Assembly (NCBI GenBank): GCA_964436255.1
Contig: CAYTBW010000004.1
Location: 2,685-66,684 of the forward strand
Direction of reading: 5' to 3'
Length of the DNA: 64,000 nucleotides
Source of the DNA: an uncultured Candidatus Saccharibacteria bacterium
Lineage (GTDB): Bacteria > Patescibacteriota > Saccharimonadia > CAILAD01 > JADZBC01
This document shows, one piece after another, positions 8,539 through 19,895 of this stretch. The notes under the pieces are model-generated. The model saw only the letters and a program-made list of their open reading frames with translations. It was not told where the DNA came from and ran no database searches. The translations under genes were made by a program, and so were the position numbers. Position 1 is the stretch's first letter, and each line of letters starts with the position of its first letter.

Positions 8539-8583
8539 CCCGACCCAAGTTTAGACATAGTCTAGATTTAGGTCGGGATTACA

Positions 8584-8613
8584 AAAACACCACTCAAAAT
8601 AAGTGGTGTTTTT
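8584..8613. terminator. bidirectional intrinsic terminator (uvrA 3' end)
   Basis: AAAAACACCACT-caaaataa-AGTGGTGTTTTT with A/T runs on both sides. Confidence 0.7.
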
Positions 8614-8630
8614 GCTTTGGCTTTATAGCC

Positions 8631-11447
8631 TTACGTAAGGAGCTTTTGTAAATATTGGCCGGTGTGGGATTTAACAACCTTTGCAACCTGTTCCGGGGTA
8701 CCTTCGGCAATGACTATGCCGCCGCCGCTTCCGCCTTCTGGGCCTAGATCGATCAGCCAATCAGCACACTTAACAACGTCCAGATTGTGCTCGATGATCA
8801 GCATGGAGTTCCCCATGGTCACGAGTGCGTTAAGCACTTCTAGAAGTTTCTTGACGTCTTCAAAGTGCAAGCCGGTGGTTGGCTCATCTAGAATGTAGAG
8901 CGTTCTACCAGTGGCTCGCTTGGAAAGTTCGCTCGCCAGCTTAATACGTTGCGCCTCCCCACCCGACAGCGTGGTGGCAGATTGTCCTAGGCGGATATAA
9001 CCAAGTCCTACACTGCGCAACGTCTCGAGCTTACGATACACTGCTGGAATATTACCAAAGAAATCACAAGCATCCTCCACGGTCATCTCCAAAACATCGG
9101 CAATAGTCCTGCCCTTATATAAAATCTCTAAAGCTTCACGGTTATAGCGCTTGCCATGGCACGTTTCGCAGGTTACGTACACGTCTGGCAAGAAGTGCAT
9201 TTCAATCTTGATAATCCCATCGCCCTTACACGTCTCGCAGCGGCCACCTTTTACATTAAAGCTAAACCGACCAGAGCTGTAGCCACGAATCTTGGCTTCC
9301 GGCACCATGGCAAATAAATCGCGGATATCGGTAAAGGCACCTGTATATGTTGCTGGGTTTGATCGCGGTGTACGGCCAATCGGAGACTGGTTAATGTCGA
9401 TTACTTTATCCAAGTGCTCGGTTCCTAGGATCTCCTGATGCTTGCCAGCTGGCTCCTGCGCTCGATGGTACTCCTGGCTTAGCTTGCGGGCCAATATATC
9501 ATTTATGAGTGATGACTTGCCAGATCCAGACACCCCAGTTACGACCGTCATGATGCCGAGAGGAATATCGACCGATACGTCTTTTAAGTTATTTTCTGTT
9601 GCACCGACAATCCGAAGTTTCTTATCGGTTGGCTTGCGGCGTTGTTTTGGCACCTCGATTTTCTTAGCACCGCTCAGGTACTGGCCCGTCAAAGACTCTT
9701 TGCTCTTAGCGACTTCATCTGGGGTGCCAATAGCTATGACCTCACCGCCATGCTCGCCGGCAAGTGGACCGATGTCAACTACAAAGTCACTCGCTCGAAT
9801 AGTGTCTTCGTCATGCTCGACTACAATTACCGTGTTGCCGAGGTCTCGTAAGCGCTGTAGCGTACTAATCAATCTATCGTTGTCGCGTTGATGCAGGCCA
9901 ATTGATGGCTCATCAAGAATATAGAGCACACCCATGAGGCTGGAGCCAATCTGCGTTGCCAAACGAATACGCTGCGCCTCACCGCCAGCCAAGGTGTTAG
10001 CGCTACGATTCAATGTTAGGTAATTGAGACCAACATCATTTAAGAACTTAAGCCGCTCGCTAATCTCTTTAAGGATTTGCGCGGCTATTTGCTTTTCCTG
10101 CGAGTTCAGCTCAAGCCCAGAGAAAGTCCTTAGCGCATCTTCGACCGACATGCTGGTAAGGTCGGCAATCGACTTACCGTTTACGGTAATGGCCAACACT
10201 TCAGGCTTAAGACGCTTGCCGTGACACTCCAGGCACTCTTGTGTCGTCATGTATCGCTCGATCTCTTTCTTCACAAAGTCACTATCACTCTCACGATAAC
10301 GGCGTTCCAAATTAGGAATAATACCTTCAAAGGTTGTTTTATACGTACGTCCGCCCGGCCCGCGCACGCCAATTTCTTCGTCCCCTGTTCCATACAGCAA
10401 AATCTCAATTTCTTTAGTACTCAGCTTTTCGACCGGCACATCAAGCTTGAACTTGTGCTTCTCTGCGACTGCTTCGAGCAATTTGGTATACCACGTCATG
10501 CGCGAAGTAGTGCGGCTCCATGGACGAATAGCGCCCTCGACGACGCTAAGGCGACGATTCGGAATGACCATGTCGGGGTCTACGATCAAAAGCGAGCCCA
10601 AGCCAGTGCATTTAGGACAAGCCCCATGTGGCGAGTTAAATGAAAACAGTCGAGGCTCAATTTCTGGGAGTGAGAACCCGGAATCTGCCGTAGTGTAATG
10701 CTCGCTAAACACGCGCTCGTCACCAGTATCATGATCCTGTATGGTGATTACGCCTTCGCCCAAATGCAGTGCCTGCTCAATAGACTCGACCAAGCGCTGC
10801 CCGGGTTCATCTGGGTCAAGTGTCATTCGATCAACCGCTACCTCGATGGTGTGCTTCTTCTGCCTATCGAGTTCCGGTACTTCATCAATTGGCATCAGAG
10901 TGCCATTTAGGCGTACTCGGGAATAGCCTGCCTTTTGGATTTCACTTAGCAGGTGCCTGTGTTCGCCTTTTTTGTCTTTTACAATCGGAGCGAGAATAAC
11001 AATCTTTGTACCTTTAGGATACTGGCGGACCGAGTCCACGATCTGTGCTGGAGTCTGCTTGGTTAGGACCTCGCCTGTCGTGGGGTCATGCGGCACACCG
11101 ATGCGCGCGAAAAGTAATCGCAAGTAGTCATAGATCTCCGTAACCGTGGCAACGGTTGAACGTGGGTTGCGTGAACTAGACTTTTGGTCGATCGAGATAG
11201 CCGGACTCAGACCATCAATCTGATCAACATCGGGCTTTTCCATCAGGCCAAGGAACTGCCTGGCATAGGCACTAAGGCTCTCTACATATCGGCGCTGGCC
11301 TTCGGCGTAGATAGTATCGAATGCAAGTGAGGATTTTCCGGAGCCGGAGAGACCCGTAATTACCACTAGTTTGTCGCGGGGTATTTCGAGGTCTATGTTT
11401 TTGAGGTTGTGCTCGCGAGCACCCTTAATGACGATTTTATCAGCCAT
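8631..11447 (-). CDS. uvrA: excinuclease ABC subunit A
   Basis: 938 aa; two ABC ATPase modules ([12 protein letters not shown]; [13 protein letters not shown]), zinc-finger CxxC pairs, LSGGEAQRI signature repeats. Confidence 0.95.
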   Translation of the reverse strand: MADKIVIKGAREHNLKNIDLEIPRDKLVVITGLSGSGKSSLAFDTIYAEGQRRYVESLSAYARQFLGLMEKPDVDQIDGLSPAISIDQKSSSRNPRSTVATVTEIYDYLRLLFARIGVPHDPTTGEVLTKQTPAQIVDSVRQYPKGTKIVILAPIVKDKKGEHRHLLSEIQKAGYSRVRLNGTLMPIDEVPELDRQKKHTIEVAVDRMTLDPDEPGQRLVESIEQALHLGEGVITIQDHDTGDERVFSEHYTTADSGFSLPEIEPRLFSFNSPHGACPKCTGLGSLLIVDPDMVIPNRRLSVVEGAIRPWSRTTSRMTWYTKLLEAVAEKHKFKLDVPVEKLSTKEIEILLYGTGDEEIGVRGPGGRTYKTTFEGIIPNLERRYRESDSDFVKKEIERYMTTQECLECHGKRLKPEVLAITVNGKSIADLTSMSVEDALRTFSGLELNSQEKQIAAQILKEISERLKFLNDVGLNYLTLNRSANTLAGGEAQRIRLATQIGSSLMGVLYILDEPSIGLHQRDNDRLISTLQRLRDLGNTVIVVEHDEDTIRASDFVVDIGPLAGEHGGEVIAIGTPDEVAKSKESLTGQYLSGAKKIEVPKQRRKPTDKKLRIVGATENNLKDVSVDIPLGIMTVVTGVSGSGKSSLINDILARKLSQEYHRAQEPAGKHQEILGTEHLDKVIDINQSPIGRTPRSNPATYTGAFTDIRDLFAMVPEAKIRGYSSGRFSFNVKGGRCETCKGDGIIKIEMHFLPDVYVTCETCHGKRYNREALEILYKGRTIADVLEMTVEDACDFFGNIPAVYRKLETLRSVGLGYIRLGQSATTLSGGEAQRIKLASELSKRATGRTLYILDEPTTGLHFEDVKKLLEVLNALVTMGNSMLIIEHNLDVVKCADWLIDLGPEGGSGGGIVIAEGTPEQVAKVVKSHTGQYLQKLLT

Positions 11448-11516
11448 ATATGCCCTATCCTCACTTGTTAAATCAACGATTAACTATACAGGTAAACGCA
11501 ACGTTTTTCAAGTCCC

Positions 11517-12536
11517 CTAGGATGGCTTGTCGTCGAAATATGACTCAAAAGTTGGCTCTAAGCTCATGACGTGAGAGCCGCCATAAACCACAAAGGGCTT
11601 CTTGCCTTCCTGGATTGCGTCGGCCACGGTAGTGAAGATGTGGTGGTCGCGAGCTTCTGTCATCATGGTGTGAATTTCTGCCAATCTGCCCTCAGAACGT
11701 GGATCCCACGCCTTTGCAAGGACCGCACGATCCCCCATCGAGCTAAAGCCAATCGTACCATCTTCTCGCAGCTGAAGCTCTGGCAGGCCAAGCTCAGCCA
11801 AGTCGGCATTAAGCCTCTCCGCCAAGCCCCTAGCCTGGTTACGGAGAGCACTTAATATTTCTGGGTTTTGCTGAATGATCCTCTGCTTCTCGCTGTCAGG
11901 AATATCTTGAAAGCCTTCGACCCCATTCACGACTGCTTCTCCGTAAATCTGCATAGTAATGTCCTCTGGAAGAGGCGCAGAAGCTTCGTGAGTTAGATTT
12001 CTAATCATTAAAACAAGAACCAGCTCTTCCCGTCTCACACCGCGAGACTCGACGAAAGATGCAATATCTGCGTCGGAAGGCTCCCCGGTCACAGCTTCGA
12101 CCCCGTCCCTTGCCGCCAGGAACTGCATCAGCCCTGATTCACTCGCGCTACCAATCGCAGTCGACCTATCTGCTATGTACTTTTGCTCTCGAGCATCGCC
12201 TTCGAACACGACAAGCCGTTCTTCGGGCGAGGTAGCTGCCAAATATTCATTGTATGCCGACTCAATGTCAGAGTGGTTGCGCGACTCGGGGTTAAAATCA
12301 TGCAGATCCACTGCCCCGCCCTCCACTAGGCCTGGTGCATTGGGGTCTTTGGCTGCCTCGCCCGTAGCAGGATCGATCTTCTCGGTATTGATACTTGCAA
12401 TCAAGGTTAAAGAGCCATCCCCAAACTTATCAATCTTCGCCGTGCCAGCTGCTACCCTCTCATCGTTTCTTCGCGTGTATTCATCACCATATCCAGCATA
12501 TTCAGTCCAAGCTTCTGCCCGTCGGTTCGTTTCCAC
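11517..12536 (-). CDS. hypothetical protein between uvrA and uvrB (possible TraB/GumN/ChaN-like C-terminus)
   Basis: 339 aa, GTG start abutting uvrB stop region; C-terminal VVYGGSHV resembles GumN/TraB-type motif (weak); GC about 52%. Confidence 0.45.
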   Translation of the reverse strand: METNRRAEAWTEYAGYGDEYTRRNDERVAAGTAKIDKFGDGSLTLIASINTEKIDPATGEAAKDPNAPGLVEGGAVDLHDFNPESRNHSDIESAYNEYLAATSPEERLVVFEGDAREQKYIADRSTAIGSASESGLMQFLAARDGVEAVTGEPSDADIASFVESRGVRREELVLVLMIRNLTHEASAPLPEDITMQIYGEAVVNGVEGFQDIPDSEKQRIIQQNPEILSALRNQARGLAERLNADLAELGLPELQLREDGTIGFSSMGDRAVLAKAWDPRSEGRLAEIHTMMTEARDHHIFTTVADAIQEGKKPFVVYGGSHVMSLEPTFESYFDDKPS

Positions 12537-12629
12537 AGCGATGCCGCTTAGCTCTCGCCATCTCTGGAGCCATAGCTCGATTGACTTGTTCGCGCTCTAC
12601 TCCTCCGGCCTGCTCTGGGCTAAGTGCGT

Positions 12630-14618
12630 TCATTTGCTCATCCTCTTGCCCTGAATCACATCATCGATCTCACCGAGCTGATCACGTAACTCGGCGGCCT
12701 TTTCAAACTGTAGGTTCGCAGCGGCCATTTGCATCTGCTCCTTAAGCTGACGCTGTAAGCACTTCAACTCGTCCTTGGGCACTTTGGCAAAGTCGATCGC
12801 CTTCACGTCAGCCTTCTCTGCCTCCAACTCCTCATGCATACGCTCTTCAATCGCCTTACTGATGCTCGCTGGAGTTATGCCATGGGTCATGTTGTAATCC
12901 TCTTGGACCTTGCGGCGATCTCTCGTGACTTTTATTGCGCGCTCCATGGAGCCCGTCATGTTATCCGCATACATAATCACTGTGCCTTCCTGGTGGCGAG
13001 CCGCACGGCCTATCGTTTGTATGAGTGAACTCTCGCTGCGCAAAAATCCTTCCTTGTCTGCGTCAATTATTGCGACCAAACTCACCTCTGGTAAATCCAA
13101 ACCCTCGCGTAACAAGTTAATCCCAACAACTACATCGTACACTCCAAGGCGCAAGTCTCGCAGAATATCAGTCCTATCAAAGGTGGCAACATCGCTATGC
13201 AAGTATTGAACTTTAATACCAATGTCCTGCAGGTACTCAGTCAGGTCCTCCGCCATTCGCTTGGTAAGCGTCGTAACCAAAGAGCGCTGACCCTTACTGA
13301 TTCGCTTGCGTATCTCAGCTATGAGGTCGTCCACCTGATGTTCAACTGGCCGCACCTCAATAATCGGATCGAGTAATCCCGTAGGGCGAATGATCTGCTC
13401 TACAACTTTGCCGGAGCGGCTGATCTCGTATTCATTCGGCGTGGCGGAAACATAAATGGTCTGATTGATGTGGCGATCAAACTCGGTGAAAGTGAGCGGC
13501 CGATTATCTAATGCTGATGGCAAACGGAAGCCATGTTCGACCAGTATCTCCTTGCGAGCGCGGTCGCCATTATACATGCCGCGTACCTGCGGCAGAGTGA
13601 TGTGCGACTCATCTACAAACATCAAGTAATCGTCAGGGAAGTAGTCCATCAGCGTCGCGGGCTGATCGCCAGGCTCACGATTCGTCAAGTATCTGGAGTA
13701 GTTCTCTATGCCTTTTACAAACCCCGTTTGCTGCATGATTTCTAGGTCGTACTTTATCCTGCTCTCGAGCCTCTGAGCTTCAATCAGCTGGTCGTTTGCC
13801 TTAAAGTGCGCCACGCGCTGCTGAGCTTCAGTTTGGATTTTAACCATGGCCTTTTCTAACTGTTCGCGCGGAGTCACATAGTGCTTAGCTGGGAAAATGC
13901 TTAGCTCGTTAAGGGACTTTGTAATCTCGCCGGTTAGCGGATCGATTTGCACGATGCGCTCGAGCGAGTCGCCAAAGAACTCTAGGCGGTATGCGTTCTC
14001 CTCCCCAATCGGGAAAATGTCTACATTCTCGCCGCGAACACGAAATACGCCACGTTCAAAACTCGTGTCGTTTCGAGCATACTGAATATCATTGAGCTGG
14101 CGCAGCATCTTGTCTCGCTTACGAAGCTCGCCGACCTTGAGGTGCATTGTCATGTCGGCATAGTCGCTTACGCTACCAATACCATAGATGCAGCTTACTG
14201 AAGCAATAATAATTACATCCCTGCGACTCAAAAGCGAGCTTGTTGCAGCGTGACGCAAGCGATCGATTTCCTCGTTAATCGCGCTGTCTTTTTCAATATA
14301 CGTGTCACTCCTAACTATGTATGCCTCTGGTTGATAATAGTCAAAATAACTAACAAAATAATGCACGGCATGCTCTGGAAAAAACTCTTTGAACTCGCCA
14401 TAAAGCTGGGCAGCTAAGGTTTTATTGTGACTCAGAATGAGCGTAGGGCGATCTGCCTTGGCAATAATGTTTGCCATCGTGAATGTTTTGCCCGAACCAG
14501 TCACCCCCAGAAGTGTTTGCTCGCGCATTCCGTTAGATAGCCCTGTACATAAGCCATCAATGGCAGCTGGCTGGTCGCCATTTGGTTCGTATTTAGATTG
14601 CAAATTGAATAGTGACAT
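12630..14618 (-). CDS. uvrB: excinuclease ABC subunit B
   Basis: Helicase motifs ([12 protein letters not shown]), UvrB interaction domain, C-terminal UVR domain ([13 protein letters not shown]); start taken at MSLFNLQ (ATG 14618). Confidence 0.95.
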   Translation of the reverse strand: MSLFNLQSKYEPNGDQPAAIDGLCTGLSNGMREQTLLGVTGSGKTFTMANIIAKADRPTLILSHNKTLAAQLYGEFKEFFPEHAVHYFVSYFDYYQPEAYIVRSDTYIEKDSAINEEIDRLRHAATSSLLSRRDVIIIASVSCIYGIGSVSDYADMTMHLKVGELRKRDKMLRQLNDIQYARNDTSFERGVFRVRGENVDIFPIGEENAYRLEFFGDSLERIVQIDPLTGEITKSLNELSIFPAKHYVTPREQLEKAMVKIQTEAQQRVAHFKANDQLIEAQRLESRIKYDLEIMQQTGFVKGIENYSRYLTNREPGDQPATLMDYFPDDYLMFVDESHITLPQVRGMYNGDRARKEILVEHGFRLPSALDNRPLTFTEFDRHINQTIYVSATPNEYEISRSGKVVEQIIRPTGLLDPIIEVRPVEHQVDDLIAEIRKRISKGQRSLVTTLTKRMAEDLTEYLQDIGIKVQYLHSDVATFDRTDILRDLRLGVYDVVVGINLLREGLDLPEVSLVAIIDADKEGFLRSESSLIQTIGRAARHQEGTVIMYADNMTGSMERAIKVTRDRRKVQEDYNMTHGITPASISKAIEERMHEELEAEKADVKAIDFAKVPKDELKCLQRQLKEQMQMAAANLQFEKAAELRDQLGEIDDVIQGKRMSK

Positions 14619-14822
14619 AAAACTATTATAGTCTATCTGGACAAAACAACAGCATACAAAAAACCGACTCATTGAGCCGGCATATTTGTGTGTCGCTAAC
14701 TACTGCACTGTGTGGAACTAAACCCAAACTCACCCTATGCACCTATCATAACAAAGCATCCTTGGACGAGCATTGGCGATAGAGCAAAAAAAGCCTAGGT
14801 GTTTTTAGTGCTTTGCCCATGG

Positions 14823-15071
14823 CTATGCAGTTGCCAAAAGTTCATCAAGCTTAGGCTTGTTGAAGCCGATGACAATCTGGTCATCGATATCGATCACTGG
14901 TACGCCCATCTGGCCAGATTTCTTGATCATCTCATCTGCAGCCTTAGGGTCGGCTTGAACGTTAACTTCTTTATAAGCTACTTTTTTATCCTTTAGGTAC
15001 TCCTTAACTGCACCACAAAAATGGCAGGTTGGAGTAGTATAAACGATTACGGGACTGTCTTCTCGGTTCAT
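14823..15071 (-). CDS. glutaredoxin-like protein (NrdH/Grx family)
   Basis: 82 aa, CHFC active site in thioredoxin fold. Confidence 0.65.
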   Translation of the reverse strand: MNREDSPVIVYTTPTCHFCGAVKEYLKDKKVAYKEVNVQADPKAADEMIKKSGQMGVPVIDIDDQIVIGFNKPKLDELLATA

Positions 15072-15123
15072 AATTAAACCCTTACTTTAACAAGTATAGT
15101 ATAGCACGGTGACCTCGGTGAAT

Positions 15124-16050
15124 CTAGTCCTTTAACTTGCTTAGATATTGGCTTGCCTGAATGGCGGCCTTAGCACCTTCGCCAGCCGCTACGATTACTT
15201 GCTTCTCTACCACGTCAGTAATATCACCGGCGGCAAACACCCCCTCGACACTCGTCATGTTGTATTTATCTATCACAATCTCACCTGCTTTATTAAGCTC
15301 TAGGTAGCCCTGCAAGTAGTCCGTTGCCGGTACTGACCCGACCTCCACAAAAGCGCCCGCGACATGTACCTTCTTCTTGATACCACTCGTGGTGTCATGC
15401 ACCTCGACATATTCAAGAAACTTACTACCGCCAAAAGAAACCGTCTCCATATTATTCATGATCCTAACATTGTGAAGATCCCTGACCTTATCCACCATCA
15501 CTGGGTCTCCAGTTAGATCTTCGGTAAGATTTATGAGGTAAATGTGTTTTACTATTTTAGCAATGTTGATAGCTGCATCAAGCGCCGCGTTTCCGCCGCC
15601 GATAACGGCGACTTCCTTACCAGCAAAGATTGGTCCATCACACCACGCGCAATATGTAACTCCTTTATTAAGATAGGCATCTTCGCCTGGTATACCGAGC
15701 TTGCGTGGGAGTTTTCCCCCCGTAATTACAACTGCCTTAGCCGAAATGCCCTTGCCATCAGCCTCGACAACAAAATGCTTACCCGATCGCTTGATACCGC
15801 TAACACCGCCTGATAAAATGCGGAGCTCAACGTCGTCTTTGAACTTCTCGAGGTGATGCTCGAACTTAGCGACTAAGTCGGCGCCGGGTATCATGGTAAA
15901 GCCAAGGTAGTTCTCGATATCACTACTCCATGCTGCCTGGCCACCTATGTCTTTACTCAGTAAAATCGTTTTGAGCTTTTTTCGCGCTGCGTAAACTCCG
16001 GCTGTCATACCGGCCGGGCCGGCTCCAACGATTGCTAAATCGTAAATCAT
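15124..16050 (-). CDS. trxB: thioredoxin-disulfide reductase
   Basis: 308 aa; FAD motif GAGPAG, redox CAWCDG, NADPH-binding GGGNAA. Confidence 0.9.
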   Translation of the reverse strand: MIYDLAIVGAGPAGMTAGVYAARKKLKTILLSKDIGGQAAWSSDIENYLGFTMIPGADLVAKFEHHLEKFKDDVELRILSGGVSGIKRSGKHFVVEADGKGISAKAVVITGGKLPRKLGIPGEDAYLNKGVTYCAWCDGPIFAGKEVAVIGGGNAALDAAINIAKIVKHIYLINLTEDLTGDPVMVDKVRDLHNVRIMNNMETVSFGGSKFLEYVEVHDTTSGIKKKVHVAGAFVEVGSVPATDYLQGYLELNKAGEIVIDKYNMTSVEGVFAAGDITDVVEKQVIVAAGEGAKAAIQASQYLSKLKD

Positions 16051-17084
16051 ATTTTTCCCTCGACACTAGCATGGAAATGTTTTGGCGCATTTTTAAGAAA
16101 CTTTTCGATTTCACCTTGTTCAAGCAGTCCTGCCTGAGCACCAATTTCCTGCACGACGCTCATTGAATTAATCGAACCCCAGGCCATAGCCATTGGAATA
16201 TCCTTGCCCGCGGCGAGCGCAGCGACAAAGGTTGATGTATAGGCATCTCCCGCCCCAGTTCGCTCGAGCGGTGGCGCAGGATCTGGGTATATTGGCATTG
16301 ACCACAACTGCTTGCCGTCTGACGCAAACGACCCTTTAGGACCGTCTGTAATTACGACGATCTTTGGGCCAAGCTCGTGCAGCCCCGCCATAAGCTTGGC
16401 TACACTCTGCGTCGAAAGACCAGATATAGCCTGCGCCTCCTCCAAGTTGCATGCCAACACGTATGTAGCCCTATAAAGTTTTTGGAGCTTCTTCGTGCCA
16501 AGCTTCATCTGGAATGTCCCTGGCTGAAACGCCAGCTTAACATCTTGATTCTTAGCCAAATATTCGGCAATCTCATCATGGAGCCGATCAGCGCTCCCCC
16601 CCACCGAGCTCAAATAAATCCACGCGGGCTTGTTATACTGATTAATCTTTGGCCATGAGTAGGAGTAGTCCTCGTGTTTTATAAGGATAGTTCTGTCGGC
16701 GCCATACCAAAGTACATAATGGTAGTTTGACTTCATGCCATGATTAATGTGGACATATTCGGTCGAAATATCCTGCTTGTTAAGCGCACGGATAATTTCT
16801 TTGCCTACCTGATCGTCGCCGACGTTACTATAGAAGCCAACTCGCAAACCCAACCGTGCACTCGCCACAGCGGCATTCGCACTATTCCCTACGGCAGGAA
16901 TAACTATCGCCTCCTCAAAAGGTATCTTCGATCCATACGTCATGCAAAGCAAGGGGTGGCGATCTTGGCTGTCTTTATCAATTTCAGCTTCGTGCTTACC
17001 CAGGCGAATGAAGGCATCGGTTACTACGTCGCCCACCGCCAGAACATCTATTCCATAACGCATATGCTTTCCTCCAGTTGTCAT
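16047..17084 (-). CDS. PfkB-family carbohydrate/nucleoside kinase
   Basis: 345 aa; ribokinase-like fold, C-terminal GAGDAYTSTFVAAL motif. Confidence 0.75.
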   Translation of the reverse strand: MTTGGKHMRYGIDVLAVGDVVTDAFIRLGKHEAEIDKDSQDRHPLLCMTYGSKIPFEEAIVIPAVGNSANAAVASARLGLRVGFYSNVGDDQVGKEIIRALNKQDISTEYVHINHGMKSNYHYVLWYGADRTILIKHEDYSYSWPKINQYNKPAWIYLSSVGGSADRLHDEIAEYLAKNQDVKLAFQPGTFQMKLGTKKLQKLYRATYVLACNLEEAQAISGLSTQSVAKLMAGLHELGPKIVVITDGPKGSFASDGKQLWSMPIYPDPAPPLERTGAGDAYTSTFVAALAAGKDIPMAMAWGSINSMSVVQEIGAQAGLLEQGEIEKFLKNAPKHFHASVEGKI

Positions 17085-18040
17085 TATATGAAGTTCTTCC
17101 TTACTTTCCCAGAGCGATGAGGTATATTCTGCGGAATGCCAGGCTCTGAGCCAATAAAGTGGGCGACCGATCGAGCGGCACTCAAGCCGAAGTCGAGCGC
17201 CGATTCAAGGCTCTTGCCGTGCAAATGACTCGCAAGAAACGCTGGACCGAATACTTCACTCATCCCGGTTTCATTTATGCGCTTCAGACTTGAGCGCTGA
17301 GCAGTTTGATAGTAAAAACCATCATGAAGTGCATGGGCCGCCTTCGTGTCATCAAGGAGCAAGATGCTCTTCAGGCCGCTTGCCCTTAGCGACTGCAGTG
17401 CATCTCGGGTCTCGGACTGATGAGTAAGCATTTCAGCGTCATCACGGTCAAAGCAACAAATATCTGCTTTAGCTAATAGTTTAATTACTTTGCGAGCGTT
17501 CACCAAATCGTGACTCGTGAGTCTCACCATTGTCTTCGCATCGTGCTTTTTCGCTAACGCAAGCAGCAACTTCAAATCGCCCAAGTCGATAAAAGGACCG
17601 CTGAGGTAGAACCACTTGGCTGTAGGCAATGAAGATATATGACTCTTCCCGTAACCAGCGCTGTTGTTGAGTGAACTAATCTCAAAGTAATCGTCTTTAG
17701 GCGAGCGCACAAGCGTCTGCATGCTCGTGGCTGAATGTGTTGTCTGGCGCGCGCTCGACGATTTTACTCCAGCCTCGCCAAGCCTGCGCAGTATCTCGCA
17801 CCCCATACTATCCTGACCGATGCTAGAAGCGAGGTCCGCCTTAACTCCCAAGCGAGCGCAGGTTAGGGCGGCAATATATCCGCCGCCGCCGCAACCAAAT
17901 GCCGTCTCGTTAGCATGAACCGAGGTTCTGCTTGAGACCATAGAGCGTAAACGGTCTGGCAATAAACCGACTTCGAGCGTCTTAGTAGTGTAAATTATTT
18001 CAGCATAGGCAGGACCAACACATAGCACATCTAGCTTCAT
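17084..18040 (-). CDS. PfkB-family carbohydrate kinase (second paralog)
   Basis: 318 aa, ribokinase-like N-terminal GG motif (GCGGGGYIAA). Confidence 0.65.
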   Translation of the reverse strand: MKLDVLCVGPAYAEIIYTTKTLEVGLLPDRLRSMVSSRTSVHANETAFGCGGGGYIAALTCARLGVKADLASSIGQDSMGCEILRRLGEAGVKSSSARQTTHSATSMQTLVRSPKDDYFEISSLNNSAGYGKSHISSLPTAKWFYLSGPFIDLGDLKLLLALAKKHDAKTMVRLTSHDLVNARKVIKLLAKADICCFDRDDAEMLTHQSETRDALQSLRASGLKSILLLDDTKAAHALHDGFYYQTAQRSSLKRINETGMSEVFGPAFLASHLHGKSLESALDFGLSAARSVAHFIGSEPGIPQNIPHRSGKVRKNFI

Positions 18041-19026
18041 AGGGCTTTCCTCTTAACAGTGGCGTGGACTGACTTAACAATGGAATCTACCGTTAGGCCA
18101 TATTCTCGCCACAGCTCTGCGACTTTACCGGACTGCCCAAAGCGATCCTCGATGCCCACCCGGCTCAATGGGGCTGGCAACTTCTCCGCCAAGAGCTCTG
18201 CTACTGCACCGCCAAGTCCACCGATAACTTGCCCTTCCTCGACAGACACTACGGCGCCTGTCTTACGGATGCTTGCAAGGATAGTATCTTCGTCCAAAGG
18301 CTTAATGGTCGCTACATTTATCACTTCAGCACTGATGCCGTCTTTAGCAAGAACTTGGGCCGCCAATAATGCCTCGTGTAAGACTGGGCCGCAGCCTACC
18401 AGCGTTACGTCTTCACCTTCGTGCAGTACTTGAGCCTTACCTACCTCGAACGGAGATTCCTCAGTTGTTATAACTGCAGTTTTCTCCCTCGCAAGCCGGA
18501 TATAGACTGGCCTATTGAGCTTGGCGGCGGCCAGGGTAGCCTTACGAGCCTCATGAATGTCAGCAGGCACCACAACCATCATATTCGGAAGCACCCTCAT
18601 GAGGGCAATGTCTTCGAGCATTTGATGGGTTGCGCCGTCGGGACCAACCGACAAACCAGCGTGCGAACCAACCACCACAACCGGCTGATTATTGAGGGCA
18701 ATCGTAGTGCGAATCTGCTCCCAGTTCCTACCCGGAGAGAACGCTGCATAACTACTCACGAATGGCTTTTTGCCTACCGCAGCAAGTCCGCTTGCTACGG
18801 TAACAAGGTTTTGTTCGGCAATACCCACCTCCACAAAACGATCAGGAAACTCATTGTGAAATAGTTGCATCTGCGTAGACTCGGTTAAGTCTGCACAGAG
18901 TGCCACGACGGCACTATCAGCCTGGCCAGCGAGCAGCAACCCCTCTCCAAAACCACGGCGAGTTGGGGCATGTTCTACTCCTGAGGAAAACAAGTCCTTG
19001 TTCAAATGCTGAGACTCAACGATCAT
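18037..19026 (-). CDS. transketolase, C-terminal (pyrimidine-binding) subunit
   Basis: 329 aa; overlaps upstream half by ATGA; split tkt arrangement. Confidence 0.85.
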   Translation of the reverse strand: MIVESQHLNKDLFSSGVEHAPTRRGFGEGLLLAGQADSAVVALCADLTESTQMQLFHNEFPDRFVEVGIAEQNLVTVASGLAAVGKKPFVSSYAAFSPGRNWEQIRTTIALNNQPVVVVGSHAGLSVGPDGATHQMLEDIALMRVLPNMMVVVPADIHEARKATLAAAKLNRPVYIRLAREKTAVITTEESPFEVGKAQVLHEGEDVTLVGCGPVLHEALLAAQVLAKDGISAEVINVATIKPLDEDTILASIRKTGAVVSVEEGQVIGGLGGAVAELLAEKLPAPLSRVGIEDRFGQSGKVAELWREYGLTVDSIVKSVHATVKRKAL

Positions 19027-19895
19027 TCGTGTTCACTCCTAATCTGGCCATTAAGCGTTCGTAGCTTCTCAAGCGCTGCGCGATAATCACGCAGCTGAGT
19101 GGCCCGTTCTGTAGCCAAATCATAACCATGCCATCGGAAGTCATGCTCCATAAAATCAACTCCTTTACCAGGAATAGTATGAGCAATAATACACGTGGGT
19201 CGCTCATAAACAGCTTTGGCCTGATCACAAGCGGCAATAATCTCTTCCATATTGTGGCCATCTATCTCGATCACGTGCCAATTAAATGCCTGCCACTTCA
19301 TGGCAAGAGGCTCGAGCGGCATAACCTCCTCGGTAGGCCCGTCGATCTGGATATTGTTTCGATCAATAATGACAGTGAGGTTCGAAAGTCGCTGCTTACC
19401 AGCCAGCATTATTGCCTCCCAAATATTACCTTCATTCAATTCCCCGTCGCCAGTTAAGCAATAAACCCTCTGGCCTTTTCGTTGATCCATGCGTAGACCG
19501 ATCGCCATACCTACCGCCTGACTGAGCCCAGAGCCAAGCGGGCCACTGGTGGTTTCAAGCCCGGGCAAACGAAGACGCTCCGGGTGGCCCTGCAGACGAC
19601 TCCCAAAGCTACGGAGAGTCTTGAGTTCAGACTTTTGTAGATAGCCCGCTTCTGCCATAGTGGCGTACAGCACTGGAACAATGTGGCCGTTCGAAAGTAC
19701 AAGTCGATCTCGCTCGCTCCATTCAGGTTTTGCTGGATCATGCTTTAGGACCTCGAAATACAATGCCGTCAGAACATCCGCCATCCCAAGCGGCCCTGCA
19801 GTATGACCACTCCCTGCTGTAATAAGCATCTGAATGATATCCTGGCGAATGCCATTTGCTTTGAGCTCTAGCTCCTTAGTGCCAAGCCTACTCAT
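19023..19895 (-). CDS. transketolase, N-terminal (TPP-binding) subunit
   Basis: 290 aa; GHTAGPLG / TGDGELNEG TPP-binding motifs. Confidence 0.85.
   Translation of the reverse strand: MSRLGTKELELKANGIRQDIIQMLITAGSGHTAGPLGMADVLTALYFEVLKHDPAKPEWSERDRLVLSNGHIVPVLYATMAEAGYLQKSELKTLRSFGSRLQGHPERLRLPGLETTSGPLGSGLSQAVGMAIGLRMDQRKGQRVYCLTGDGELNEGNIWEAIMLAGKQRLSNLTVIIDRNNIQIDGPTEEVMPLEPLAMKWQAFNWHVIEIDGHNMEEIIAACDQAKAVYERPTCIIAHTIPGKGVDFMEHDFRWHGYDLATERATQLRDYRAALEKLRTLNGQIRSEHE

Noticed and set aside
7573-8565. Many long overlapping ORFs on both strands inside the GC-rich cassette (for example 7595..8182-, 7710..8558-, 7982..8419+, 8269..8508-)
   Set aside because: High-GC DNA is depleted in stop codons and produces shadow ORFs. 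Only the frame with an SD-ATG (7725..8489) and coherent protein-like composition was kept. The others translate to Arg/Pro/Gly-rich low-complexity sequence.
11448-11516. Short inverted repeat AAACG-ttg-CGTTT upstream of uvrA as an SOS/LexA-type box
   Set aside because: It does not resemble known LexA consensus sequences and is a 5-bp stem only. Likely incidental or a weak terminator remnant.
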